Shown: positions 28,901-40,302 of the stretch, in pieces
Layout: every line of letters starts with the position of its first letter
Numbering within the stretch: position 1 is the first letter of the stretch
Assembly: GCA_002633005.1 (NCBI GenBank)
Contig: NMRA01000356.1
Coordinates: 262,167 to 326,166, forward strand
From: Phoronis australis
Taxonomy: Eukaryota; Animalia; Phoronida
DNA length: 64,000 nt
Direction of reading: 5' to 3'
The notes under the pieces: model-generated
What the model was told of the DNA's origin: nothing
The model's database searches: none
What the model saw: the letters and a program-made list of their open reading frames with translations, nothing else
Program-made: the position numbers and the translations under genes

Positions 28901-31900
28901 ATCAAAACGTCTAGCCGGCAAAAAACTACCAATTAAAGCTTCAAAAACTACAAATATCCAAAAGAAAAATTTCAGTCTAAAACCATTTTAAAACGCAGTT
29001 CACTTTGTCTATAAAACCTAGCACAGAGCTAAGTTGTACTTACTGCTTGTTCAGGTCAGACAAAGGTGAACTGTCTAAATTGGCTGCAAATTCCGTAGCA
29101 TCTCGCTTTAAAGGACCTGCGTTAAAGTAAGTGAGCCAAGTTATCCTCATACACAAATGATATTTGATATTTGATGTCGGAGTAGCACTGTTAATAAATA
29201 CCTGTAGGTATATGCAATATATAGAGCTGTCCTCCAACAAGTCAAACTATAACCACCACTCAGTGAAGTGCACCTTGAAAAGTTCTTTGGAGAACATCCA
29301 AACATTATCATTCTTTTAAAATGTACATTCTAATTGAGAAATTTGACACAAAATCAAATTATATAATGTGTTTGTTATACTGAGTGTTAAAACTAAAGAC
29401 TGCTGTAGTGCTTAAAACCACCATTTGCCTCGTTTTGATAAGTGACTACACTGTGTTGATAAGTGATTACCCTGTGTTGATAAGTGACTACACTGTGTTG
29501 ATAAGTGACTACACTGTGTTGATAAGTGACTACACTGTGTTGATAAGTGACTACACTGTGTTGATAAGTGACTACATTGTGTTGATAAGTGACTACATTG
29601 TGTTGATAAGTGACGACCTTGTCAGCGTCATTAATTTAACTTTCATTTATAGCACTGTATATCACAATCGTGAATTAATATCTCAAAAACTATAAAATAG
29701 AAGAAAAGCGACTTCAGTGGAAAGTTCCTTAGCTCCACAGACATGAGAGTGATGTATGACAACCTAACATATCCACCAACACACGAAATTTGTGCACAAA
29801 CTTGTGTACAAACTTGTGTACGAACTTGTGTACAAACTTGTGTACAAACATGTGTACAAACTTGTGTACGAACTTGTGTACGAACTTGTGTACAAACTTG
29901 TGTACAAACTTGTGTACAAACTTGTGTACAAACTTGTGTACGAACTTGTGTACAAACTTGTGCACAAACTTGTGTACAAACTTGTGCCATATCCGCAATT
30001 CTCCGATGTCAAGCGAAAAGTGAAACTAGCCACAGCATGGTTACACACTAAGTTGCCACACCCACCACAAATCCAATGCCACGCCCTTCCTTATTATACC
30101 ATAAACCACGGGAAAACGAGCAATAATATCTGACGACTTTTCACACTAAACAAAATGGAGGATGACTAGTGCTGTGATTGGTTGTCCCGATTTTATAAAG
30201 TATGTTTCGACCAATGAATGCTCGTAACTAGGAGATCAGCTAATCAACATTGTATGCGGGTGGTCAAATTTGATAGCTGGTCAACTAGTAGGGTTGTTTT
30301 TTCTTGGTGTTTTTGATATGAATATTTTAAGCACTTTAATTTCAATACATTATTATATGAACTGTTTTAACATAAATCTTTTCTGAGATTATTTGAGATT
30401 CTTAAATAGTGGCCAGTCTTCAATAAAAGAACAGATAAGTGACTTACTGAGTTGAGATTTAGAACTAACAGTACGGCTCTTTGCCATTGAGCTTCTCTCA
30501 CCTGCAAACAGAAAATCTTGAATAATTAAATGAAACGATTGAGATTTCAGCAGCTGTTTAATGAACAACAGACTTAAGATTCAATGCTTTCAAACAGATA
30601 ATAATTATGGCATCACTTTTTGCTAAAAATCACACATTGTTAAACTACTGAAAATAGGCAGCCTAGATTGAGCTCTTACTGAATTTTGCTAAGTAGAAAA
30701 AAGAATATTCTAAAAACCTTAGAAGAACAGTTTTCAAAAATCTTTGTTCAAAATCCAGCTACAAAGAATCTCTTGGATAACTATTTATAATATATTTACA
30801 TCAGCAAAAATACCTCTTTGCCACAACATGCACCATTAGGGGTGACAAGTCACATGGGACTAACAACTCTTACTTCCCTCTGGCTGACATGAAACCAACC
30901 AACCACGTTGATTTTGTTTATTCCAAGTGCCTATTAAAAGCATGCATCCAATAAAATAAGTCAAAACTGTGCTCTTTTAAGAGCACAGTTTTGACTATAG
31001 TGTGCAACTTAAAAGTTGCACACTATAGTTAGTATATCTATATGTAAGTAAGTGGCACAGGGGAGATCATTCCTTCTTGATCAGCATCATCACGAAACTT
31101 AAAATTTATTTGATACAGGACACTGCACTGTGTCTCATAGCTAATCAAACAATTCAGATTTGTGAACATAATTACCTCTTTTCATACAGTACCTGGCACT
31201 AATCAAACATCATGCAAAATGTTTCAAGTTTTTAAAATAAATTCTAAGTACCCAATTCAACACATGGTATATTTTACAATATGTATGTAAACAAACAGCT
31301 TATTCATTTACATATAAGGTAATTACAAATAACATATAATCAACAATTTACATGTTGAAGTTATATTTTTCAAATCATTAAGGAACTTTCAAAACCTTCC
31401 AAAAGTATATAAAAGTAGTGAATAATATATAGTTACATGATTAAACACCAAGTTGCATCACCAAATTCAATGAACCTTAAGCACAGATAAAATTAGATGC
31501 ACCGTGCAAGATAGTTGAGTTTTGTCTTGCGTATTAGTAAAGAGACTTACGCTCCTTCCAGTGGACCGACTTGTCTCGCTGAAACTTGATGTCACTGCCA
31601 GTGCCTGGTAAGAGAGTTAATGTCACACCAGAGATTGAGCATTACACAACAGCAGGCAGTAATGGATAAGCAGCAGATGTTTCTTTAAATTAATAGCAAA
31701 GCTTGACTTGTTCTTATGGCAGCTGCCAGTTAGCTTGGAAAGTCAGATGCCAGCATTTAAGAAGTACAGTACATGACAGAAAATTGTGTTGGCGCAAGAG
31801 TTAATGAGTGAAAGAAATGATTTCAAGCAATATGTTATGCTGTGTTTAGAACTTTTCAGTTTGAAACAAGACCATTCAAAATGATAGATAGGCAACAAAT

Positions 31901-34900
31901 CAAAACAAAAATTCAACAACACAAAATTAGGTGATCTTTTCTTAGGCTATGACTTCAACCAGTCACTTTAGTTCAAACTGAAAAGACAGCCATGGCATAC
32001 AAATATTTGCTTCCATGCATTGACCCCCAGCTTGCATTATGCGGCCCAGACCAAGCCGAGTAGCAAGATGCACTCACAATTTGGGACAGCCTAGGGGAAA
32101 TGAAAAATGTAAAGACAATGACTTTAACAAATAAAAGTTGCATTAATGTTGAAGTCATGCTATCTATAGACACAGAGAAAAATTAAAGTTCTTTCATGCA
32201 AAAGTAGAAAATAAAGTTGATAAAACAAAACAATAAACACTTAACAGAGAGTAATAAACAACAGGTGGCAATGAGCTTAAAATGAAAGAACAAACAACTC
32301 CAAGATAAACACTGCAATTGTTTTACATTGAACAGAATACACAGGTCAGAAGTATAATGTATGCTTAGTAAAGAGCAATACATGTAAAGAGAGCAAGTAG
32401 TGTTCAAAGCTTGATTAACATTAAACCATACCAGTAGCTCCCAATCTCTTAGCCTTTGCTTCGATGCTAACTTTTTCAGCCTGCAGAAACGCCTGCTTCC
32501 AGTCGATACCACCAAGCTCATGGAGGTCAAGGACATCAATGAGCAAGTTCTCTACTCCCTCAGCTTTGCCTAATTGGAGAAAAAAAACGAACCCAGTTTA
32601 TATAGAGCCATTCGGGAAACTGGTTTTCACTTCATGGAAAATCAACAAAATAAGAAGAGGGCTTGTTTGCACTCTATGACATCACTTGAGAGACCAAAGA
32701 AATGTGAAGAACAGACCTGGTAACTATGGTAACATACCTGGTGGTTTGGACCAGTTGCACACAGAACAGTTCTCCATATGCATGAGAGAAAATCAAGAAT
32801 TGGCCATAATTCAAGAATTGCAAAACACCGATGAGAGGAACTAAAACATTTTACGATGATACAATCTCTGAACTTGCTTGAAATCCGCAAAGAAAAGCGC
32901 GCAGAGCTGACACCATTTCCCTACATGGATGTGCTAAAACCAGTAATGAGTCATAATTCAAAGAAATACGGTCAAATTGCAAAATGGCGACGATATGCTC
33001 TATGGTACTTCGTAAGTATTTGGCTTAGTTAAAACAACTTTCATCCCTTTATCCAATTTTTCATGGTATTGTAGCTTAAAAATCAAATGTTAATATTTAA
33101 GATGACTTTCTCTTTGCCAGTTTTTTAAACAAAAACAGGTTTTCTATGTATCCAACAATTGGTATGCTACACATATCACATAATGTAACACTTTTCAAGC
33201 AAGAGTTTTTTTACTGCTATCTATCTCTTAGCAATCTGTTTCAGTCATTACCAAGTGCCAAAGTTTAATCACCAGTATGAAGAAAACTCTTACCCAGCAG
33301 ATATAGTTTTGACATCCAGAGTTCCTCCCTGTCACACAGGTATCTCCACCTACGACACACCTGCAACAAGAATAACAAGATAAAGTAAACACCAAAGTAG
33401 TGCAAGAAACAAATAACTAACAAGATAAAGTAAACACCAAAGTAGTGCCAGAAACAAATAACTAACAAGTTTGTAAATTAGAAAGATGTGTTCACACCTA
33501 TATACAGCCAAACACTTTGCTTTACAATTAAAAATCATTGTCAGTAATAGATTGCACACCAACTCATATCCACATCAAAGACATGTAACTATGTACTGAA
33601 AGTGAAGTAAAAAAACAAGCATATCATTACATTTGATGGGACTCAGCGCCCGAGTTGCAGCTATATTGATGAGTTATAGTTATTTAAAGAGAGGTTAGTT
33701 ATAACTCTGACACTGACTTTAAAATTAACAATACAACCTGAAATAACTGGGAATTAAGTCCAAAATTAAGAAATCGTTGCAGTATTTAGAAGGTTTAAGA
33801 CTACTTCATGTTACAACACAAAACAGAAACTATTGAAGGATCCACATTTTAAACATTGAAGGATCCACATTTAAACATTGAAGGAACCATGGTTACAAAA
33901 ACATATCAACCAAACTGACCAGTCTAACCGACTTGAGATCTTCTGTGTTGAGCATGGTGAATATATAGAACAAGGTGCGATCATGCAACAGGTTTATGTC
34001 ACCATCCTGGTGAAGTCTGGAAAAACATTTACTAAATGCTAACTGGTATTGGGTAACTAAGTAACACAATGAACAAAAACAATGAACGAAGCATTCAAAG
34101 ACCAGTAATTGTTATAAACCACAGTAATTACTAAAAGCTAACAAAGGAATGACAACCAACTAATGAGAAAAAATCAGTTATCAACTAAATATCAATAAGC
34201 AGAAGGAACGGATAAAGTATAGGTGTGGGACGGAGAAAATGAAAGGGGATAGGAGCAAGTGGAACCGGAGGAAAGACATGAGGAGGGATAAGAGCAAGTG
34301 GAACCGGAGGAAAGACATGAGGACGAGAGTATCAGAGCAGTGAGAATGTGGAGTGTGATTGACGGACATAATTGGAATGAGAGGGGGTTGAAGGGTGGAG
34401 GGTGAAGAAACTGAAACAAAAGAGGACATGTAGTGAGGATAAGGAGTGAGGGATATATAGGCGTTAGATGAGAGGAGGGTTTTGCAGTTGATTTAGTCAT
34501 GACCACATTCAGATGTCGGTCAACAGAATCACAAAGTACTATCACATTAAACCTCTCCAATGTTATTTCAATTATTTAAAACTACTAATGAAGCATTCAC
34601 GTAACGTTTTGAAATAATCAGTTACTAATCACAGTGATTACCTTTTAGACAAAGACTTTGCCAAATAGTTAACAACCTCAGCACAGCTACTTTTCACCAT
34701 GTCTACGACTAGAGTCAAACACTCATGGCTCTCCATATCTTCCAGCCACTGAAACAGATGAGGGCATCATAAAAACAGCAATGCTGACACCTGCTGGAAT
34801 ACAAGCACTCAAAATCAGTCTAGAACACCTAATGGAAAATCAAAACATGAATGATACTTACTGAATACACTTGGTCAACCTGTGCTTGAAAGTGCTTGTT

Positions 34901-37821
34901 GAGCACTCGTTTATTGGCAGAGATTAGCTTATGCCCTTTTTCAGGCTGCGTCCACCACTTGGCTGCCTTAAAGGACTTTTGAACAGGCACTAGCATATCC
35001 TGAGATCCAAGCAGACTCCTTCTACAGTTATAAGGAACTTCACGACGCATAGAACCTACAGTGTTTCAGTAAGCGAAAGTCAAAATCAGGCAAACATAGA
35101 TCATAACAATTGGATCTACGTTTCATTATAGTAACCATAATTCAAGTAAAATTATACACACATTTGAAGCTCTAGAATAAGGGTTACAGACTCTAGTCGA
35201 TAGAAATTATCAAAAAATGCTACATGTAAATTTCAAATTTATAAAAAATTTTAAACATACTTAGAACAAAAAGCATTTACAATTCAATATGTGTGCAACA
35301 TTGAGAACTGAAACAAAGTAAATAATTTCATACCCAATCTCGATTTCCTTGCATGGCCAAAAAAGTCCAACTTTGGGTTACTATCTAAATTAAGAATGCT
35401 ACGGATTCTATGGAAAACTTCACTGGTTTCTGTGTCTGTTCTTTTAAGTCTCGCATTCTTCGGCATCTTTTTCTTGGCTGCTTTAAGTTGAGATTTGAAA
35501 TGATTTAAAGCGTCATTTATGATGCCCTTCACATACTGCTGGGCAAAACTCTCTAGAGTCACACTGAGATTTGCCTGCGACTGCCCGGAATTCTTGTCTT
35601 CCTCTTTACATCCCGGGTCAGTCCCTACAACATCAACAGAACATGAACCGTCTTTGACGACGTCTCTATTTCTGCACTCATCCCCAGACAAATCACTGAC
35701 AGTGTTATTATTGCCATCTTGCTCCATTGAAACTACTTCTGGAGCAGGACCCAACACAGCTTCCTCCTCCAATCCACTGATGACAGCCGACTGTTCACCT
35801 ACTTCATATATAACTTCACTATCTCTCACAGAAGTTTCACCCTCTATCTGTCCATCATTAAAGGAATTCTCTAGCCTGTTCCCAACACTAGAGAGCTGGC
35901 TGCCTACACTTTCATTTCTCATGCCAGAATCTGGATGCATTGACACATGGCCAAAAGATCTACTCTGCTCTCCACCACTTAACTGAATGCTTGCTGATGT
36001 TGTCATCTGTGTTCCTGAAGAGCTGCTGTTCTCTCCTTTACTATATTGTAAACTGGTAGTTGTTGTCATTGATTGATCACTACCACTGATTGATATGAAG
36101 CCCGGAGCACTGGAGGTCAGGACTGCTGACGTATCGGGCAAGATTTCTGGTCCAAGGGGTTTAGACAATTGCTGTTTTTTCCCGTCCCCACGGTGTTTTG
36201 AAGATGCAGAGATTGGAAGCTCTTCAGTGAGGTCAATCTTCATAGGGCTGTCTATGGGTTGACTAGTCGAGGCATCTTCAGCTTGGTCGTTGGCTTGATC
36301 TGACCATTTAACAGCAAGACTTATGTTCTGTTCACCATTAGCACCAGTAACTACAGAACTTTCCCGTGCTCCTTGAGAATTTTTGAAAGAGTCACACAAC
36401 TGGTTTGTCAATAACTCTGATGCTGGCTGGTCGATGACATCATCCTTTACATCAGCTGCATCTCCAATAGTTTCAGTATTTGCACAAGAAATAGGCTGTG
36501 ACTCAATAGCAGCGAGCGGAAGAGCTGGATACAGTCCCTTGACACCACCACACTCTTTCTCTATCAGGGCACTATAGAATGTATCCCATATTTTTCTTTC
36601 CAGTACTCGAGCATCCAAACTACCTTGTTTCAGAGCTGATGGTGGATAATGGCTGAATAAAGACAGTCGGAAGTCTCGATGGAAAACAGGCTCCAGTGTG
36701 GACGATATAGTTTCCAATTGCAACACACTAAGTCTGAAAGGAGGACACATAAAAATGTAATTCATTTGAATCACATATGACATTTCAACTCTGCACGCAA
36801 ATAACTACTAATTTATTTACGGGAAAATCAGCACCCACCTCTATTCTGACATCCTGATGCCAAACTATATGAAGACATTTTGTGTACTCTAAATATCAAA
36901 AAGTGACAAACACAGGGCAACTAATGAAGCAAAGGAAATTCAAATTCGTGCTGGATGGCAGATTATGAGCATTACACTAATTGTGTCATGCCCCTTTGAT
37001 ATCGGTCATCACTTGAGTGTATAAAAGAGAGGGAATGTGGTGTGAAAGTGTTGAGGACCCTTGTGTAAGAGAGGGAATGTTGTGTGAATGTGTTGAGGAC
37101 CCTCGTGTAAGAGAGGGAATGTGGTGTGAATGTGATGAGGACCCTTGTGTAAGAGAGGGAATGTTGTGTGAATGTGTTGAGGACCCTCGTGTAAGAGAGG
37201 GAATGTTCTGTGAATGTGTTGAGGACCATCGTGTAAGAGAGGGAATGTGGTGTGAATGTGTTGAGGACCCTTGTGTAAGAGAGGGAATGTTGTGTGAATG
37301 TGTTGAGGACCCTCGTGTAAGAGAGGGAATGTGGTGTGAATGTGTTGAGGACCCTCGTGTAAGAGAGGGAATGTGGTGTGAATGTGTTGAGTACCCTCGT
37401 GTAAGAGAGGGAATGTGGTGTGAATGTGTTGAGGACCCTCGTGTAAGAGAGGGAATGTTGAGTAAACGTGTTGAGGACCCTCATGGAAAGCAGGGCCCAC
37501 TAGAAAAAAACAAGCATTAGAACAAAAAATAAATCACCTTTCAATTACTCCATCCAGTAACACCTTCTGTTGCCAAGGTTGCCATGTCTGATACCATTCC
37601 AAGACAGTCTTCAGATTATACAGACGTGTGTAATACTGACTTGCGTTGTCAGCAGACTGGATTCCAAACTTTGCACCAATTGATGGCTTGATACTTGGAA
37701 GAATGGAGCCAGGCCTGGTAGACTTGCTCAGGGTATTGTATCGTAAATACACAGTGTTATTGTTGCTGGCTTGTTCATCACCCTTTCTCTGGCCACCGGT
37801 CACTTTTGGCAAGAAAGACAT
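7949..37821 (-). CDS. F-box/WD40-repeat protein (FBXW-type SCF substrate receptor), 20 coding exons, ~1173 aa
   Basis: Exons in transcript order: 37821-37538, 36733-35334, 35055-34862, 34748-34642, 34016-33920, 33360-33294, 32569-32432, 31604-31551, 30501-30448, 29116-29044, 24824-24719, 23471-23355, 21250-21122, 20619-20551, 19599-19511, 19034-18897, 17334-17253, 15713-15556, 10484-10397, 8026-7949 (TAA). All introns GT-AG, phases join, total 3522 nt. F-box: INLLHDRTLFYIFTMLNTEDLKSVRLVCRRWRYLCDREELW. Seven WD40 repeats, e.g. GHHDVVSCV...SGSLDRTIRLWD, GHKGGIHCLQF...SGSWDTTVMVWD, GHSRCVSCL...SGSHDSTIRVW, GHSGAVRDIK...TCSDDGYVQIWE. Orthology not assignable by eye. Confidence 0.9.
13030..15327. 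mobile_element. Non-autonomous DNA transposon with CAGGG termini (hAT-like), nested in the HINE-like element
   Basis: TIRs CAGGGCTCAACATTAAC (13030) / GTTAGTGTTGAGCCCTG (to 15327), with repeated subterminal ACTTGCCC motifs at both ends. Degenerate 5-bp target duplication AAAAG/GAAAG. No transposase ORF. Confidence 0.75.
13191..14119. mobile_element. Mutator (MULE)-like MITE with ~260-bp TIRs
   Basis: 13191-~13451 is the near-perfect reverse complement of ~13859-14119. Perfect 9-bp TSD GTGTTGTGC at 13182-13190 and 14120-14128. Confidence 0.88.
16794..16881. repeat. 22-bp self-complementary tandem repeat, ~4 copies
   Basis: CAATACAGTATTAATACTGTAA/T units. Confidence 0.85.
17850..18000. repeat. 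37-bp tandem repeat, 4 copies
   Basis: AATGATGGCACATTAACAATATGTTGGTTACTTCCTG x4. Confidence 0.95.
20275..20512. repeat. Degenerate GC-rich 18/24-bp minisatellite
   Basis: Variants of GCAGCTTCACGTGTAGGC / GCAGATCCACATGTAGGC. Confidence 0.85.
21763..21909. repeat. 46-bp tandem repeat, ~3 copies
   Basis: GGCACATAAAATGTCACAATGTGACAAGCCAACCTGTAGAGCCTGT-like units. Confidence 0.9.
21910..22295 (+). mobile_element. HINE-like element, truncated copy 2
   Basis: Contains the subunit motifs GGCCACAAGATGG and GCCACAAGAGGGCAC, a GACGCC tract and the terminal ...AAATATGTGGGCGCATAA shared with the 25328-27050 copy. Confidence 0.7.
24031..24260. repeat. 28-bp minisatellite, ~8 copies
   Basis: CAGTTACAGTGCACCCAGACAGTACCTT units. 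Confidence 0.95.
24929..25307. mobile_element. Short dispersed repeat (MITE-like), related to 52588-52903 in the opposite orientation
   Basis: GTTACGTAGGGCCCTAAAAATGTCCAAATTTGGCTAACTTCGGAACAT matches the reverse complement of ~52852-52903. The other ends (ATGGTCACGTGAC / GTCACGTAACCAT) also correspond. Confidence 0.5.
25328..27050 (+). mobile_element. HINE-like element, apparently complete copy 3
   Basis: One end AACAAGAGC...ATGCACCCACGA; ~10-11 internal ~145-bp subunits in a ~440-bp higher-order period; GACGCCAGACGCC tract; other end ATGCACCCACACATTATAAATATGTGGGCGGCATAAAAA (hairpin). Confidence 0.78.
27293..28803. mobile_element. Non-autonomous Tc1/mariner-superfamily (Tc2-like, CCGTA termini) element
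   Basis: TA|CCGTATTCACCGTAATAACCGCCCA ... TGGGCAGTTATTACGGCGAATACAG|TA: ~25-bp imperfect TIRs, TA target duplication, subterminal GGCGCTTATT-like repeats. Confidence 0.8.
29438..29613. repeat. 21-bp minisatellite, ~8 copies
   Basis: GATAAGTGACTACACTGTGTT units. Confidence 0.95.
29790..29988. repeat. 12-bp minisatellite, ~16 copies
   Basis: ACAAACTTGTGT units; produces open frames on both strands. Confidence 0.95.
37025..37482. repeat. 42-bp minisatellite, ~11 copies, in the first coding intron of the F-box gene
   Basis: GTAAGAGAGGGAATGTGGTGTGAATGTGTTGAGGACCCTCGT units. Confidence 0.95.
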
Positions 37822-39529
37822 CCCTTACAAAACCTAGAAATTAGACAAACAATCTACACATGTATTAAACAAACAAACAAAACCATTTAAATTTGAAACT
37901 AATATCTGACGACAAGTCTGAGGTAAAAGCCTTTATGTTGGGGCACAGAGTGACTGTCTAATAGCCTAGGACAGTTAAGAGGAACTAAAATGCCTGCAAC
38001 ATTAGGTAAAGAGGTATAAATAAACAACTGAAATAAACTATGCTGTGGCAATTTGACCAAAGAAGTCAAAATTTTCTTCCCATTTATTCATACATCTGAT
38101 GATAAAAATTGTTACATTCCTTATACAAATAGGCACACACTCACTACTAGAGCCTCACAAGAATTGCATATTGTTACTCAAAAACCATAGAGGTCCATCT
38201 ACTGTTGAATTTATAATACTTGTAGCACCTTACTCAAACATTTTTGTTTTTAAGTATTCGACACATGGCTTATGATTCATTTATTGATATCTGCCAATGA
38301 TAACCTCCTAACATGAGAGATTTTGAATGGTGGCTATTCCATTTGTGACAGACGTATAACCAGAGAATATTTTGATCAATTATGACAAAAATGTTCATCC
38401 CAGGAAAATAATCAATACATCAATTGTTAGGTCTCATTGATAGGTATCAAAGAATGGTATCAATTTTTATTCTATTTACCCGACAGAGAAATTTGCCTTT
38501 AAAGGGGTGTCACAGATGTACCCAGAGAATTTGAATATTTGAAAAAGTTTTAACAAATTTTCAGTGAGTTGAATTTAGTTACGATTTTTTTGTTTTATAT
38601 GATGAAATGTTTGCAAAGTACAACACACTCATTTTTTTTATATCTTCTAAGAAATTTTTGTCAGACAGCTTGATGCAAGTTGAGTGAGCATGATGGACGT
38701 ATGTGACGGATGCACGTGACAGACGTATGTGACAGATGTACGTGATGGACATATGGTCTGAATTTCTGGTTTTAGATCATTTGTTGTGACTAAGATATCA
38801 ATTCAGAATAATTCAAACTTTTGCAATATTTAAGCTATATTGGTCTTTTGCTACCGATTCAATGCTTTTTAATCAAAATGCACTTATTGACCTTTTGGAC
38901 GAAATCATCATGTATGTTTGTATATTTTCTGTACATAGCCCTTTTACCTCTTCTGTACATATTAATTTCTTATTTTACATCAGTCATTAGAACCTGTGCT
39001 ACTGTTTTGCTGTTAACCTGTTCTATACCGATGTAAAATAGACATTTTGCTTACTTACTATCAGAGGTAGGCCTATGCTGGGACTATACTCCAGGATTTT
39101 AACTTTTCAATACATTTGTTAAAAAAGTAAAACAACCTCCTAAAATCCTCACTGCCCTTCGAAGATGGTAAGCAATGTAGATGAGAAAGGGAGTGATTAG
39201 CATTTTGTATTTGACACCTGTTGGTATTAGGAAAACTGTTTTCATGCGTTAAGTAGAATACTGATTCAAAATTAATAAGTAAATGTGACTGCCAAAGTAT
39301 AAAATGTGAAATAAAGTTTAAAACATTACTAATAATCATTGTAATAAAAACGCATTTTAATTATTTGTTTTTTAAATTAGAACTCGTCCTCAGCTTGTAC
39401 TAACTTATTCTTTGGGCAACGTTAATTGTTGATGGTTCTGACACATATGCCCAAGTAAATGAGCACCAAAGGGCAGGTGGTATGAAGTCTTTTCCTCTGG
39501 TGTGTGTAGTGTAAAAATGGACAGTTACC

Positions 39530-39930
39530 CATTTTGGGAATTGAACAAGGGACTGCTCAAACAAAAAGTTTCATAATGCAGATAATGCCTTGGGAGTATT
39601 TCTGGCACAGATCGGATATAGAGGTTCCCGATTTAGAGAACCAGGCAATCACTGAATAACAGGCCCGTTACTTAGTGGATGAAACTGCGGTTCTCTGAAT
39701 CAGGGACCGCTATGTCCGACCAGTGCCGTATTTCTTTGAGTTGGATGGAATTAAATACATAGAGGGCCTCCTAAGGTGTCCCTCTATGTGCAAAAGGTAT
39801 TTATAACAACCTGACTTTGATGTTTTAGTCAGTGAGAGGCATAATTCGCCAGAAAGCTTTCGGTGTGTGAAGCTCCTATAGGAACTCCACCGTCTCTACT
39901 GGGCCAGCTAAACAGTGATCACTGTCTAGT
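39530..39930. mobile_element. Degenerate terminal arm of the MULE-like MITE family seen at 13191-14119
   Basis: Aligns by eye with ~13865-14119 (ATTTTGGGAA...GGGACTGCTC...AAAAGGTATTTATAACAAC...GAGGCATAATTCGCC...CTAG). Confidence 0.75.
39604..39727. mobile_element. 124-bp palindromic mini-MITE inserted into the MULE arm
   Basis: GGCAC...GTGCC, an imperfect palindrome over nearly its whole length, flanked by a perfect 8-bp TSD GTATTTCT (39596-39603, 39728-39735). Confidence 0.82.
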
Positions 39931-40126
39931 GGCTACTAAGTAACTAGGCAACACACAGCCCCTCGGTTGGCTGGTTAGGGGCTACAATACTTCCCATCGC
40001 TTTCTGTATGCATTTCGTCCCATGTATTTTAAACTGGCGGTAGGCCAAATCCGGCCACTGATTAAGAGTTTTCACCTCGTCAAAAATACATTCTACACTC
40101 AAAAATATCACTTAAAATGAGCTTAC

Positions 40127-40302
40127 TTTCTTCAGTAATCCTTTCTGCTTCTAAACATATCTTCGATGAAGCATATCTACTAGAATCAAGGTGACTTTGA
40201 AGACTTTTTGGTAACCGCAAAGGCTAGCGTGAGACTGAGCGAAGCGCGTGACCTGGCGCGTGACACTTGCAAAATAGCATGGAAAGACATCAGGTGGAAT
40301 TT
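40127..40302. promoter_or_regulatory. Probable promoter / first non-coding exon of the F-box/WD40 gene
   Basis: Local CpG cluster (GCGAAGCGCGTGACCTGGCGCGTGAC) in CpG-poor DNA. Minus-strand donor GTAAGC at 40126 could splice to the acceptor before 37833, just upstream of the ATG at 37821. Confidence 0.4.

Noticed and set aside
29643-30133. Stacked repetitive ORFs on both strands (HKFV, CTNL, YTSL, VQTC repeats)
   Set aside because: Translations of a stop-free 12-bp minisatellite inside an intron.
35519-35986. 155-aa plus-strand ORF
   Set aside because: Antisense shadow of the large F-box gene exon.
36972-37520. 163-170 aa repetitive ORFs, one His-rich and one Cys/Glu-rich
   Set aside because: 42-bp minisatellite between two exons that join in frame without it.
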